Below are positions 53,830 through 64,000 of a DNA stretch of 64,000 nt, in pieces. The translations under genes were made by a program, and so were the position numbers. Below the pieces are notes generated by a model. It ran no database searches, was not told where the DNA came from, and saw only the letters and a list, made by a program, of their open reading frames with translations. The stretch comes from Lepidodermella squamata. Taxonomy: Eukaryota; Animalia; Gastrotricha. Positions within the stretch are counted from its first letter, which is position 1, and the number at the start of each line of letters is the position of its first letter. Where the stretch lies: assembly GCA_047495785.1 (NCBI GenBank), contig JBLDXI010000015.1, positions 3,162,001-3,226,000 of the forward strand. Direction: 5' to 3'.

Positions 53830-56800
53830 GATGAATTGTATAGTGACTTTGAATTTTCAAATCTAGCGACTGGCTTCTGCAGTGTTCGCGTAACTACCAG
53901 GCAATCGCTTTACCTGCGGTCCGTTTATAACCTACGCTTCGTCATTGGCCAGTTTCAGCCGCTCAACTTCACGTTCCTATGCAAAGTTCCGTCTTTAGCG
54001 CAGCCGAATGCGTTGTGTAAAAGCCCTGATGGAACGAGTCTTGTACCTTGTCACAACTATTCAATCGCTTTGATCATGGACCACGCGGCGTATGGCGGTG
54101 CCAATTATTTCTACAACGCTACTTACTCGCCTGGTTTGCCTGATGAAATTCGTAGGCCGTTTAATAAGATTCGATTATGGTCACTGGTCGACGTGAATGT
54201 CACGATAATGGATTTGGGCATCGTGAATATTGCTGTTAGCTTTCTTCGGGATAACAAAACCTTCGAGGATGCTTACAATCTCAGCGAAGAAGACTGGCAA
54301 GTTCTGTTGTCTGGGAATTTTTCTGTTCGCTTTTCGAACCGAGGCGCGATCGAACCAATTTTCTCGCCTAGAGTCATCTTCAATTACGCAAAAGCCAAAG
54401 AAAATTGTAAGTTTTACATTATACAGCGTGTCCCAGAATTTTTGTTGGAAATTCAATTAATTTTTTAAATTAAACCTACCGAGAGGATATTTCACCTTTT
54501 ATCCGCGATTCAACCGCGATTTTTAGAAGTTGAAAATTTATCGGAGAAAACCCGGAAATCCCCGATATGGTAACGGGTTCGGTAATTCGTGGTATTTTGC
54601 CCGGTTGGAACAAATTTATCCGGGCTTTGTTAGCCTCATAAACGAGTGACATACGTTATTACTATTCTCGCGATATTTTACTGGCCATGAGATGTGACTT
54701 CGTCCCTCATTTTAGAGTTTTTGAACCCGTTCCGTGTATTTTCTTCGCTTGCGTTACTAATGGGACGCGATGGAAATACTTTTTAATTCCAAATTTTGAT
54801 TATCCTGGGAACTTCACGGGTTCATGGTATTTTCTCTCCAATTCAAAGCATGAGTCAATTTATAAAATTTGTATTAATTTTTGCAAATTTTTCAGCATTT
54901 GAAACTGATTGCAAGCGAACCTCTTTCGGCAGTGAGTACGCTGGAAATCTCAGCAAAGGAATTTGCAACGCACAATGCATGCGCTGGGACCTTATTCCTC
55001 AAAAGGATGTGAATTATCAGTAATTTTCAATTTAATTTCAATGCGAGGAATTAATATTTTTCTATTCCAGGTCAGCTTTTCCTGAGCAGAATCCCTCGGC
55101 TGCTATCAACTACTGCCGAAATGTTTGGAACAATGGTCCTCAATGCGCTACGGCCTTGGATCAAAAGCCGTCATATTGCAATGTCCCACCTTGCGATGAT
55201 CGTAAGTTCCGCGATTCTGAAGCATTTTTTTCTGATCAATTCTATTTTCTGCAGCTAACCACTTCCATCTTCGTCATTACTACCCGATCATGTTCCAAGG
55301 GCAATGCCTTTGTGGTGGGAAGACCATTTTTACCTTTGACGAATATGGCGTAGTTTTCAGAATCGCTGCATTCCCTGATTTCGGCGGGGTTACCCTAGGC
55401 GAATGCGCTTCATATTGCTGGCGCAATGCCTCATGCCAAGCTTTCGAGTTCAGAGAAATTCCTCCGAAAGGCCGTTGCCGAATGATGAATTGCACCTGCG
55501 TAGAAAAGGACATTAGCTGCCTGTCCTATGTCCCTCAAATCAAGTACTTCGAAAAGCCGTGGCATAAACCTGGCAGTCTTAGAATTAACGACAATCAGCT
55601 TTCAACTACCTCGTATTACTTTCACACGTACGAAACTGGCGCAACTGGTATAACGTTGTATTGCAACCTAACCGCCGGGCTTTGGATCCATCCTACCAGA
55701 GATATTATTTGGTGGAAATGGAGTGAAGTTCAGCAAAAATGGATAGCGTTGGAGCCCCCAATAGCCGGGCCTTCAAAATCCACGCCTCTTGGTTACAATG
55801 TGATGTTCGGCGATCTGGTCCCTCTGAATAGCTCTCACGCCGGTCTGTACCGTTGCTTCTATAGAAACAGGGTTGAGTACCACGAACTGACAGTAACGCC
55901 CCCGTTGGCGTGCCGAATTTTCTTCAACCAAACTAAAATTACAGACGAAAAATCTGTCTACGGCTTGAAATTGAAATCGACCATCAATTCACCCCCTGTC
56001 GTAGTCGATTACGTTTGCAACTGGCGAGGGGAATGGGCTGATTGGCTGGTAAATTTCCTGCCGATTACTCGAGTTAACGGCCACTCTACGGAATGGCTAC
56101 GTCCGATGAGTAAATTTGAAGTTCGGAATAACGCGGCTAGTATACATTTTCAATATCGGCTGAATTTTGATCTGCCGCGAGATGGAGAATTTTCCGTGGA
56201 TTTCCTAATCATCCCAAGGCCTATTACTAATTCTTTGACTCGATACCGCATTTTATCACTACCTGATCAAGTTCTGGTTCCGATTTCGACTCACATTGAA
56301 CCGCTGAGCTCTTTCCGAATCGATTTCCAACCTTGGCCGAGGTACAACACCCGGAACGATGATTTGGAGGATAATCAGAGGTTATACAACCCTGAATTGA
56401 TTCCGTTGAGACAAACCTCTGCATTCTCGGCAAAATATCGCGTTTTAATCCGCGTATTTCCCGGCTCTACAATGATTCTCCACGCAAGAATAACTCTGAA
56501 TAAGCAGTATCAAAATGTTACAAACGGATTTTGCTCAGTCAGCGTTACTACGAAATGCTACCCAGTCTACGATGAATTTGACCGAAATGACGGCCTAATC
56601 AATAAAAATAAGGTGATTAATAGGAACATCTACGTCGTCGAATGGCGCAATCCTATTCGCCAGCCGATGAATGCTTGGTCCTTGGAAACTGTCCGGCGCC
56701 AGAATAGCGGTTCTCATTTCGTTCGTTTCTATATCGGCGAGCCTCTCATCGGCCCGGTTCAAACGTTTGAGTTGAATGTTGAAATCGTCAATGCGCCAAC

Positions 56801-58253
56801 TTTTTTCCCGGACTATTCGCGGAATATGTACGATTGTTCCCTTACTACACCCGGCTCACCTGCTTACAAAGGCCTAAAATCGCGAACTGCTTGTTACAAC
56901 TTGCCTTGTTTGAATTGGCAAACTGCTTTTACCAAACTTGGAATTGACCCGCTGGAAGGCGCTAAGGAAAATTATTGCCGGAATACTGTTGGAATTGTCC
57001 CATATCATGCCCCATGGTGTTACATTCAGCTGAGTTCTGGCAAAATTTTACCTGATTTTTGCGATGTCCCAGTCTGCGATGATTGGGCTTACCCAGACAG
57101 TGGTAACTATGAAAAATTTGCTCAAGATTGTGCGAAATGCCGCGGAAATATTGCTCGAAGTATTAGCGCTTCAACCGTCGAAATTTGCCAAATGGAATGT
57201 GATAAATTGGAAGGCAATTGCCCTGGATTTTATTTCGACCTCGGAGCTCGGATTTGTGAGATTTACAAAACACCTTGCTATTGTTCGATTAGTGACTTGC
57301 AATCGAATTTAACGGCTTCATGTCGTAGCAATGTATTTGGCTATTACTTCCGAAAACGAATTTGGACTAAGCCTTACCACCCAAATTCGTACTTTTCTGA
57401 TGTTTTTATTCTATCTGTTCATCCTTTCGAAGCGACCAAAGAACGGGTGAAAGTGCCGATATGGATTCCTAATCATTTGAACGACTTTTCCTGGCAATTT
57501 TACATGTATCGAGATAACGCTGTTTCGTACTTTGACGATCAAATCGAGCTAGTTCATTCGCAGACGGATCCTCATTTTACAGTTCCGGCTAAATTGGTTT
57601 GGTCGTTGGCACCGGACACAAAAATTCGTTACTACCTCTATTCAAGGACTGGAAATTTGAACCATTTAGCATTTGTCAAACTTCAGGACAAATTGGAAAT
57701 TTCGTATAGAACTCAAGAAGTTTCTAGGGCAGCCAGTTACAGCTATGAAGCTAGTTTCGCTCCGAACCTTCCTTACGAAGCCAATAAACCGCGAGTTCAG
57801 GATGTCATGTTTAACCTGGAAGATAAATACATTGTTTTCTGCTTTAATTCGACCTTCATTTGCAGCCCACGCGTTTTTGTCTATCGAAATTCGGATCAGT
57901 TGATTGTTTTCGATAATTTGAAGCCGCTGTTCCAAGACGTCAAGCTCCCGTTGTCTTTTAGGCTTCGAATCAATTATTACACTGACAATCGCTTTCATCT
58001 GTTTGCAGAGGAAAAGCCGAATAACACTGCGCCTTTCAAGTTTGAAGACTATTCATTCGCCGTTCGGGTTTATCCGACCACCCAAAACTGGAACTGGAGT
58101 AAATTTCCGGCTTCGCTGTTCGAAGATGGCGTTTTCTCGCTGAGAAAGCCTGAAATTCAAATGGCGAAGGATCAAGATCCGAAAAGTCATGCTAAAACCT
58201 CCAGTCCAAGGCCCGCTTATTTTGTCTTGCTAATTTTAATTCTGATTTATTGA
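53830..58253 (+). CDS. Kringle-PAN-Ig-like mosaic protein with hydrophobic (GPI-like) tail; 5' end not found, possibly the 3' part of gene X
   Basis: Kringle 1 (EYAGNLS..CMRW..NYCRN..CNVPPC), PAN (ECASYC..CQAF), Ig-like (ITLYC..WW..AGLYRC), Kringle 2 (YKG..CLNW..NYCRN..PWCY..CDVPVC), PAN 2, ends YFVLLILILIY*. Confidence 0.85.
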
Positions 58254-58369
58254 TCTGTTTAATCCTTACTTGTTTGATTTTTGACTTTCTAAAAATTTCT
58301 TCAATTTATAGTAAAAATGATGATTCATGTGTTTAATTGTTTCAAATTTTATAGGAAATTTCAAATTTT

Positions 58370-59889
58370 ATGTTTATTAGCCGTCAATTTTGGTTTCCTA
58401 TTTCCTTCTTGGTTTTTATTTCTAAATCGGATTGTAAAGAAAACAAATTGATCGGAATCGTTAAATGCGAGTATGGATTTTCGAATTTCTCTCAGTTTTC
58501 AACCGCTCCGTTCCTGTTCCAACTGCAGGACTACCCGCAAAATTTTGATTTCCATGTGACCATTCACATGCCCTTGGATAAAGTCCCAATGTTCCACTGT
58601 CCAGAAGGTCCAGCAGGTAGAATATGTCGACCGATAGTTCGGATCCTGCTCAGGCTGATCTTTAGAACTGTGACTCTTTATTCCATGAACAATTTCTCGT
58701 CCGACTCCCATCTTCCTGGAACTGTAAAAGTTGATCATTTCGGTCTAAACATCTCGAATGGAGTCGATGTAAAAATTGATGCGGTTAATCGGAGTCTTGT
58801 TGTTCGTATACATTTCAATGAATTCAACTTCAATGCTCTATCAACTCCTGGCTATGATCCATTCGATGTCTTCTTTGTTACCTTGGGTTACGATAAAATG
58901 CCGGAATTAATCGATTACAATGATACTGATGTTTGCATTTTTGCCGTCAATTCTCGCCGAAGAAATATAAATGAAGGTATTTCTCTACAAATTCCTGGTT
59001 TTATTGAATCCTTATTTTCGAGATTTTATTAGGATTGGAGCGGTTTACCGTTTTCAATGAATTTTACCTGAGCCCGAGCTTGGATAGTTTTACCTTGACT
59101 GGTGTTGCAAGCCCGACGGTCGGAGAGTGGAGTCGTTATTTCAATCACGAATTTTACCCCAGAAATGACCCGAATAGCCTCGTTGATTTTGCGAGAAACA
59201 CTTCGGAAGAATTATTGACAGATGATCAAGGCCAATCTTTGCATCGATTGAATTTGTTTGGCGGAATTTCTCAGCATTTCGGCATTTACAAACTCAGCTA
59301 CAATAATTCACTGAGGCTTGACTATTTCCGTATCGAGCCTCTCGATCCGCCTTCTATTCGAATTTTCCTTGAAACTACCGGAGGAAAATTTAGCGATTCG
59401 TTGATAGACTGGCCGGCAAATGGTGTTCATTTAATTTTCTCGGATAATTTTTGCTATAATTCGTTTGTTAAAAACTCGACTGTTGTTGTCGGGGTGCAGC
59501 TCGCCTACAACCGGGTTTATCATCCATGCAATACTGCAAAAGGCACCGATACTCATTTATGGAAAATTTGCAGCCCGAAATTTGTCGTCTATGAAGATGG
59601 CGAGTTGGTCTATGAAATGGTGCCGCCAGTTATGCCAGACTTGGTACCCCGTGAAAGAATTCACCGGGTTGATACTATCGGGTTCAAGTATCGGTTTGTT
59701 CGACCCAGACGCGATACTAAATATACTGTGGCGATTTTACACCAAACTGAAGAACCTGATTTGCACGGAAAGCTATACCCGACTTATTCTTTCGTTAAGG
59801 CGGATGGTGTTTCGAAAAATTGCAGCTTGAAGCGAAGAGCTTTTGATCGCTCATTCACACGTTCAACTGGTATACAATTTTTTAAATGA
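58370..59889 (+). CDS. Secreted protein Y, paralogue of the first two exons of X; 3' end uncertain
   Basis: Signal peptide; intron about 58978-59032 at the equivalent position; shared EWSRY/HFGIY/DPPS/YNRVYH motifs. Confidence 0.7.
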
Positions 59890-60626
59890 ATTTTTAATGG
59901 CGGAACCAAATTTGACTATTAGCGGAATCAATGTATATTTTATTGTTATAAAGAATTTTATTGGAATTTTTGGAATTTTCAATGAACCTAAAACCACTTA
60001 GAATTTTTCAAGGATATTACGAAGATCAGCATAATTTGAAATGAATAATCTTTAAATTTAGCGTTAAATTCTGTTTAATTCACATTCTACCCCCATTGAG
60101 TTAGACGATGTTACCGTCAGCCGGTTACTTGGGCCTCTCCTTGCCGGGGAATTCGCGAAGCCGGGACCAATGACGTTAATGAAGTTCATTGTGTAATTTA
60201 CCACGGACAACTGGTAAGCACGGACTGTCAGCGGGGCTTCAGAATGAACGATCGCAAAGCAAACGTGCCGAATTGAGTCAGGTGACAAGCACTATTACCA
60301 AGGTATAAGACGGACTTCAGCGAGTTCATCCTGAGGTATGGACGTTGAACGTTGAGTTGCTACTTACGATGGCAATTTGCAAAAAAGTCTTATGCGGAGG
60401 TGGTCTAAATGGCATAATTGAAACTACGGATCAAAAGTAATGCGGCACGCACGTCACCGCGCATGTCTTGCTGACATCAATGCTAAAGTCAAAATTGGCA
60501 TGATCAGCTCCATGACAAAACTTTCTTAATGAGGTAATTCAAGCCGAAATTTGCGCAGACCGGAACGCTTAGTAATTGCGTGGAATTTGTCATAACTTCA
60601 AATTGTCAGATTGGAATTACACGATA

Positions 60627-63149
60627 ATGCAGAAATTATTGAAAATATTATTGCTGCTGGCTTCGCAAACGCCTGTAGTTTCGAGCCAGTCTAAAAGATA
60701 CAACCTTTCTTTCCTGCAGATTTTCCCTTTAGCACATGAGCCTTGTTTACCAGCAGTCAAAATCGCAATCGAAAATGTCAACAATCGATCAGACATACTA
60801 CCGGACTACAATTTGGTACCAGACATCCGTGACGAGGAGGGCTTCTTCCTCGGATACGCTCCAGTGCGAGAAATCGTCCGTTATGGGAGAATGTGGGAAA
60901 ATCGCCCGGATGATGGTCTCATCCGCTCTCCTGTCATCGTTGGACCCTTCTTTTCAATCGGATGTAAGCCAATGGGGAAGCCGTTAACTTACTTTGACAT
61001 GGTCGGTCTTGCAATGGCCTGCAACGCACCCTATCTATCGGACCACACAACCTACCCGAACCTTTATAACATACAGGGAAACGGCGAGTTGAATGCTATT
61101 GGATTGGTTAGCATTATCAAGCAAGTCGGAAAATGGACTAAAATTGGTGTTCTGACGATTGTCGGCTCGCCTCAGGATTACGCAGCGGCAACATACGTGG
61201 AGAAATACGCAACTGCTAACGGAATACATGTCCCAACGTTCAACGTTGTGTTGGAGATAACTGATGACGTGATAAACGATCTACTTTTCCATGAGGTTCG
61301 GATAATCGTGGTCTACATCACTCAGGAGGCGCTGCTGTGGCGATTCCTCTGCATGGCTTGGTATGCTGGAATTACAGGGTCGAGATACCTATTTTTCCTG
61401 AGCAACTCACTCGCCGGGGAACCTGATTTCATCAGCCCGGCAGCAATTGTTGACAAGACTTGCAATAAAGAAATAATTCGCCAGCAGTTCTACAACTCAA
61501 TTTTCTTCGGACCGGGGACACAGGTTCTTGACGACAGCCGAGTTAGCGAATTGGGGTATAATACTACTTACTTCGAAGATCGGATGTTCTCTTCCTTGAA
61601 CCGACCTCGCCTTGCAACAGCTGGGTCGCTGAAATACGTATGTCACGACGCTACATTGATGGGAATCTATGCTCTACAAGACGCGGATAACCGTTTGAAA
61701 CAGGTATACAACATGTCGTTGAGAGATATGAATACCAACCCAGGTTTTGTAATGAGAATCGTGAACGAATCTGTATTGAACGTCAACATATCCGGCTTAC
61801 GCACCCAGCTTCGTTTCAGCAAGCGGGGATATGCCGAAAATGACAAAATTATGTTCTCTTACTATGACAAGAAAGACGGTTTCCGGTTCAAGTATCACGT
61901 CTCGCAGGTTGATGAAGCTAAAGGCATGTTCTCGGGGAGATTCCAATCATTCGCATTTGAACCTTGGGATTGGGCGGCTTGGAGTAACAAAGGGAAGCCA
62001 CCGCGAGATGGATATCTTGTCATTTCTTTGAAAGACGACGTTCCTAACGAAATATCTCTCGCTGTAGTTATTCTCGCAGTTATGATTTCATCTTTTCAAG
62101 TATCGGCAATAATTCTAACAGTGAAAGATGCTTGCAAAATACATATTGTCAATTCTCCTGTTGCCAAAATTCTCGGCTATATCGGATGCTTAGGTCTTAA
62201 CGGAGCTGCAATCGCGTTCTCGGTAGAAAGTTGGGCTAGTAGCTTTGTTATTGTTGTGGTAAGATTGGTTCTGCTAATTATTTCCATGTCAGTTTTGAAT
62301 GGAGCTATTTCATTTCGGGCGTTTTTTCTGGCTCGAAAGCTACCAAAAATGCCAAAGATTCTCAAACCCAACCGGAGCAGCAAGTTACTCAGCATCTTTG
62401 TGACTCCAAAGAATCCTTCTAAGGCTCAAATCGTTATCGCGAAAGCTGATGTCGATACATCACCAGGTGGGAGCCCGTCTATGACTCCCGATCTTCAACG
62501 CCGAATCGAAAATGTATCACCGGTTCCTCGGCAAAATTTAGTTGATGCGAAACCCCAGCCGCCGAATCTCAGAGGTGCTGTTCGAACAGTCTCAAATCGG
62601 AGGAGAAATCGAGGTCGCCAACCTAGTACCGTGGCATCGGAATTTGAAAACGGCATCGATCGAAAAACTGTCGGCTTCACTACGATTTTTATGGTTATTA
62701 ACCTTCTCATTTTGGCTAGCTGGCTGCTTTCCGACTCTCTATCCTGCCGTACAGTCGTAGCGCGGGAGGCCAACAACTATGACCTTGTATCAGACACATA
62801 TTACGATATCTCCACGGAAATCTGCACCTCAGCAAATGCCATGTCGTGGATGACTTGTCTGGCTTTTCTTCACGTCGTTTTGCAGGCCTATTGCACTTAT
62901 CAAGGGTACCGTGTAAAACAGCGGTTGAAGACACTGGCAAATAATAGCTGTTCCGAGATCACAGGCGTTATTCTTGGCCCGCTGAATGGTTTCTCGTTAC
63001 TGCTTTGCTTCATCCTAGTTGTTTTCACGTTAGCCGATGAAAAACGACAGCATATTTCAGTCGCATTTATGGCGCTATTCTATTCGATGAGTACAAGCAT
63101 CACCATGAGTTATAATCTCGTTCAACGCTTTATTAAAGTAATCCGCTAA
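60627..63149 (+). CDS. Class C GPCR, GABA-B-receptor-like, intronless
   Basis: Signal peptide; Venus-flytrap domain (PAVKIAIENVNNRSDILPDYNL, LSDHTTYP, PPRDG); no Cys-rich domain; seven hydrophobic helices. Confidence 0.88.
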   Translation: MQKLLKILLLLASQTPVVSSQSKRYNLSFLQIFPLAHEPCLPAVKIAIENVNNRSDILPDYNLVPDIRDEEGFFLGYAPVREIVRYGRMWENRPDDGLIRSPVIVGPFFSIGCKPMGKPLTYFDMVGLAMACNAPYLSDHTTYPNLYNIQGNGELNAIGLVSIIKQVGKWTKIGVLTIVGSPQDYAAATYVEKYATANGIHVPTFNVVLEITDDVINDLLFHEVRIIVVYITQEALLWRFLCMAWYAGITGSRYLFFLSNSLAGEPDFISPAAIVDKTCNKEIIRQQFYNSIFFGPGTQVLDDSRVSELGYNTTYFEDRMFSSLNRPRLATAGSLKYVCHDATLMGIYALQDADNRLKQVYNMSLRDMNTNPGFVMRIVNESVLNVNISGLRTQLRFSKRGYAENDKIMFSYYDKKDGFRFKYHVSQVDEAKGMFSGRFQSFAFEPWDWAAWSNKGKPPRDGYLVISLKDDVPNEISLAVVILAVMISSFQVSAIILTVKDACKIHIVNSPVAKILGYIGCLGLNGAAIAFSVESWASSFVIVVVRLVLLIISMSVLNGAISFRAFFLARKLPKMPKILKPNRSSKLLSIFVTPKNPSKAQIVIAKADVDTSPGGSPSMTPDLQRRIENVSPVPRQNLVDAKPQPPNLRGAVRTVSNRRRNRGRQPSTVASEFENGIDRKTVGFTTIFMVINLLILASWLLSDSLSCRTVVAREANNYDLVSDTYYDISTEICTSANAMSWMTCLAFLHVVLQAYCTYQGYRVKQRLKTLANNSCSEITGVILGPLNGFSLLLCFILVVFTLADEKRQHISVAFMALFYSMSTSITMSYNLVQRFIKVIR

Positions 63150-63305
63150 AAGCTGGCGAACATGATAGTCTTAATGTTATGTCTGTCACATCTAAACTCT
63201 AAACTGCACAATCGTGTAATGTCGACAATGAATAGCAAATAAAATGGCGATTTGATGTGTACAAAAAGTAACTCTCGTCAAACGCCATGTTGACCAATAT
63301 GTGTA

Positions 63306-63469
63306 ATTCGTGGCGAGGAATCCGAATTTGATGTCGTAGAACTTACAGCAATCACTTAAAGTTCGAAAAATCGATTTCCGATAATCGATATCGATTGATT
63401 ATCGATTTTTAGGAAATCGATTCGCCTGGTCAGAAAAGTGAATCCAGATTTGGATTCCTTGCCACGAAT
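63306..63469. mobile_element. MITE A with TA flanks (Tc1/mariner-like)
   Basis: About 25-bp TIR attcgtggcgaggaatccgaatttg / cagatttggattccttgccacgaat; TA on both sides; internal ATCGAT-rich palindrome. Confidence 0.8.
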
Positions 63470-63471
63470 TA

Positions 63472-63651
63472 CCGTATTTGTTCCTATACGGGCTGCTAAA
63501 ATTTCAACCTCGAAATTTTGAAAATTTTGAAAAACAATTATGGCGAATCGTTCGTGATGTTTTCGAACCGACTTGACCCCTCAACTTGACCTGGGCTACT
63601 GTTAGGGATGGGCGATTATTAGTGGATGGGCTACTATTGGAACAAATACGG
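63472..63651. mobile_element. MITE B with TA flanks (mariner/pogo-like)
   Basis: TIR ccgtatttgttcc / ggaacaaatacgg; TA on both sides; subterminal tgggctact repeats. Confidence 0.8.
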
Positions 63652-64000
63652 TACACGTATTGGTCAACATGGCGTTTGACGAGACTTACTTTTTGTACAC
63701 ATTAATTGGCCATCTTTTATTCATTGAAATCTGACCCCTTCATAGCGTCAGATAAAATGATGAAGACTAAACGTTCTTCGACTAAATAGAATTGTCGACT
63801 TTTTATTTTACCTAGAATTCATACATTTCCTCAATTTCGTAGAAATATTCGAAATGTGACCTTTGGCTTGTCTAATATTAGGTTCCGCATCATTCAGATT
63901 AGGTTCCGCTACAGCCAAATTTGGTTCCGTAAAAGAATACAGTTTCTTTTAATTACACCCTATTTCTTTCTTTCAGCTATCAACTATTGCGGAATTTTTG

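Larger units (their letters stand above)
63244..63713. repeat. About 60-bp inverted repeat arms (63244-63303 and 63654-63713) forming an interrupted palindrome
   Basis: atgtgtacaaaaagtaactctcgtcaaacgccatgttgaccaata matches the reverse complement of the right arm with few mismatches. Confidence 0.92.

Noticed and set aside
60100-60275. Possible C-type lectin-like exon (VTWA...VHCV...STDC) downstream of gene Y
   Set aside because: Could not splice it in phase with Y, and the motif match is weak

Overview
Gene-dense animal (invertebrate) nuclear DNA with mostly very short (~45-65 nt) GT-AG introns. I found no CRISPR array, rRNA or tRNA. From left to right: three tandem trypsin-family genes (-); an AMPA-type glutamate receptor; a Pro-rich LITAF-domain gene; a cluster of 11 secreted Sushi/CCP-repeat genes (12-45 kb) that includes a near-identical ~3 kb duplication straddling a decayed hAT transposase; an NHL beta-propeller gene; a Ly6-like gene; several small two-TM genes; MINPP1; a divergent eIF2-gamma; a RING-CH (MARCH) ligase; a Kringle-PAN-Ig mosaic locus with an unrecognised domain family; an intronless GABA-B-like class C GPCR; and nested MITEs. 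The best candidate for an undescribed system is the Sushi cluster. Its modules have non-canonical 5- and 6-Cys patterns and carry acidic, basic or repeated peptide cargo in one loop. Several proteins have dibasic processing sites followed by Gln, and six consecutive genes end in Gly or Gly-Lys-Arg. Together this suggests a processed, possibly disulfide-polymerised secreted material (inference). All gene models were spliced by eye; the species is not identified.
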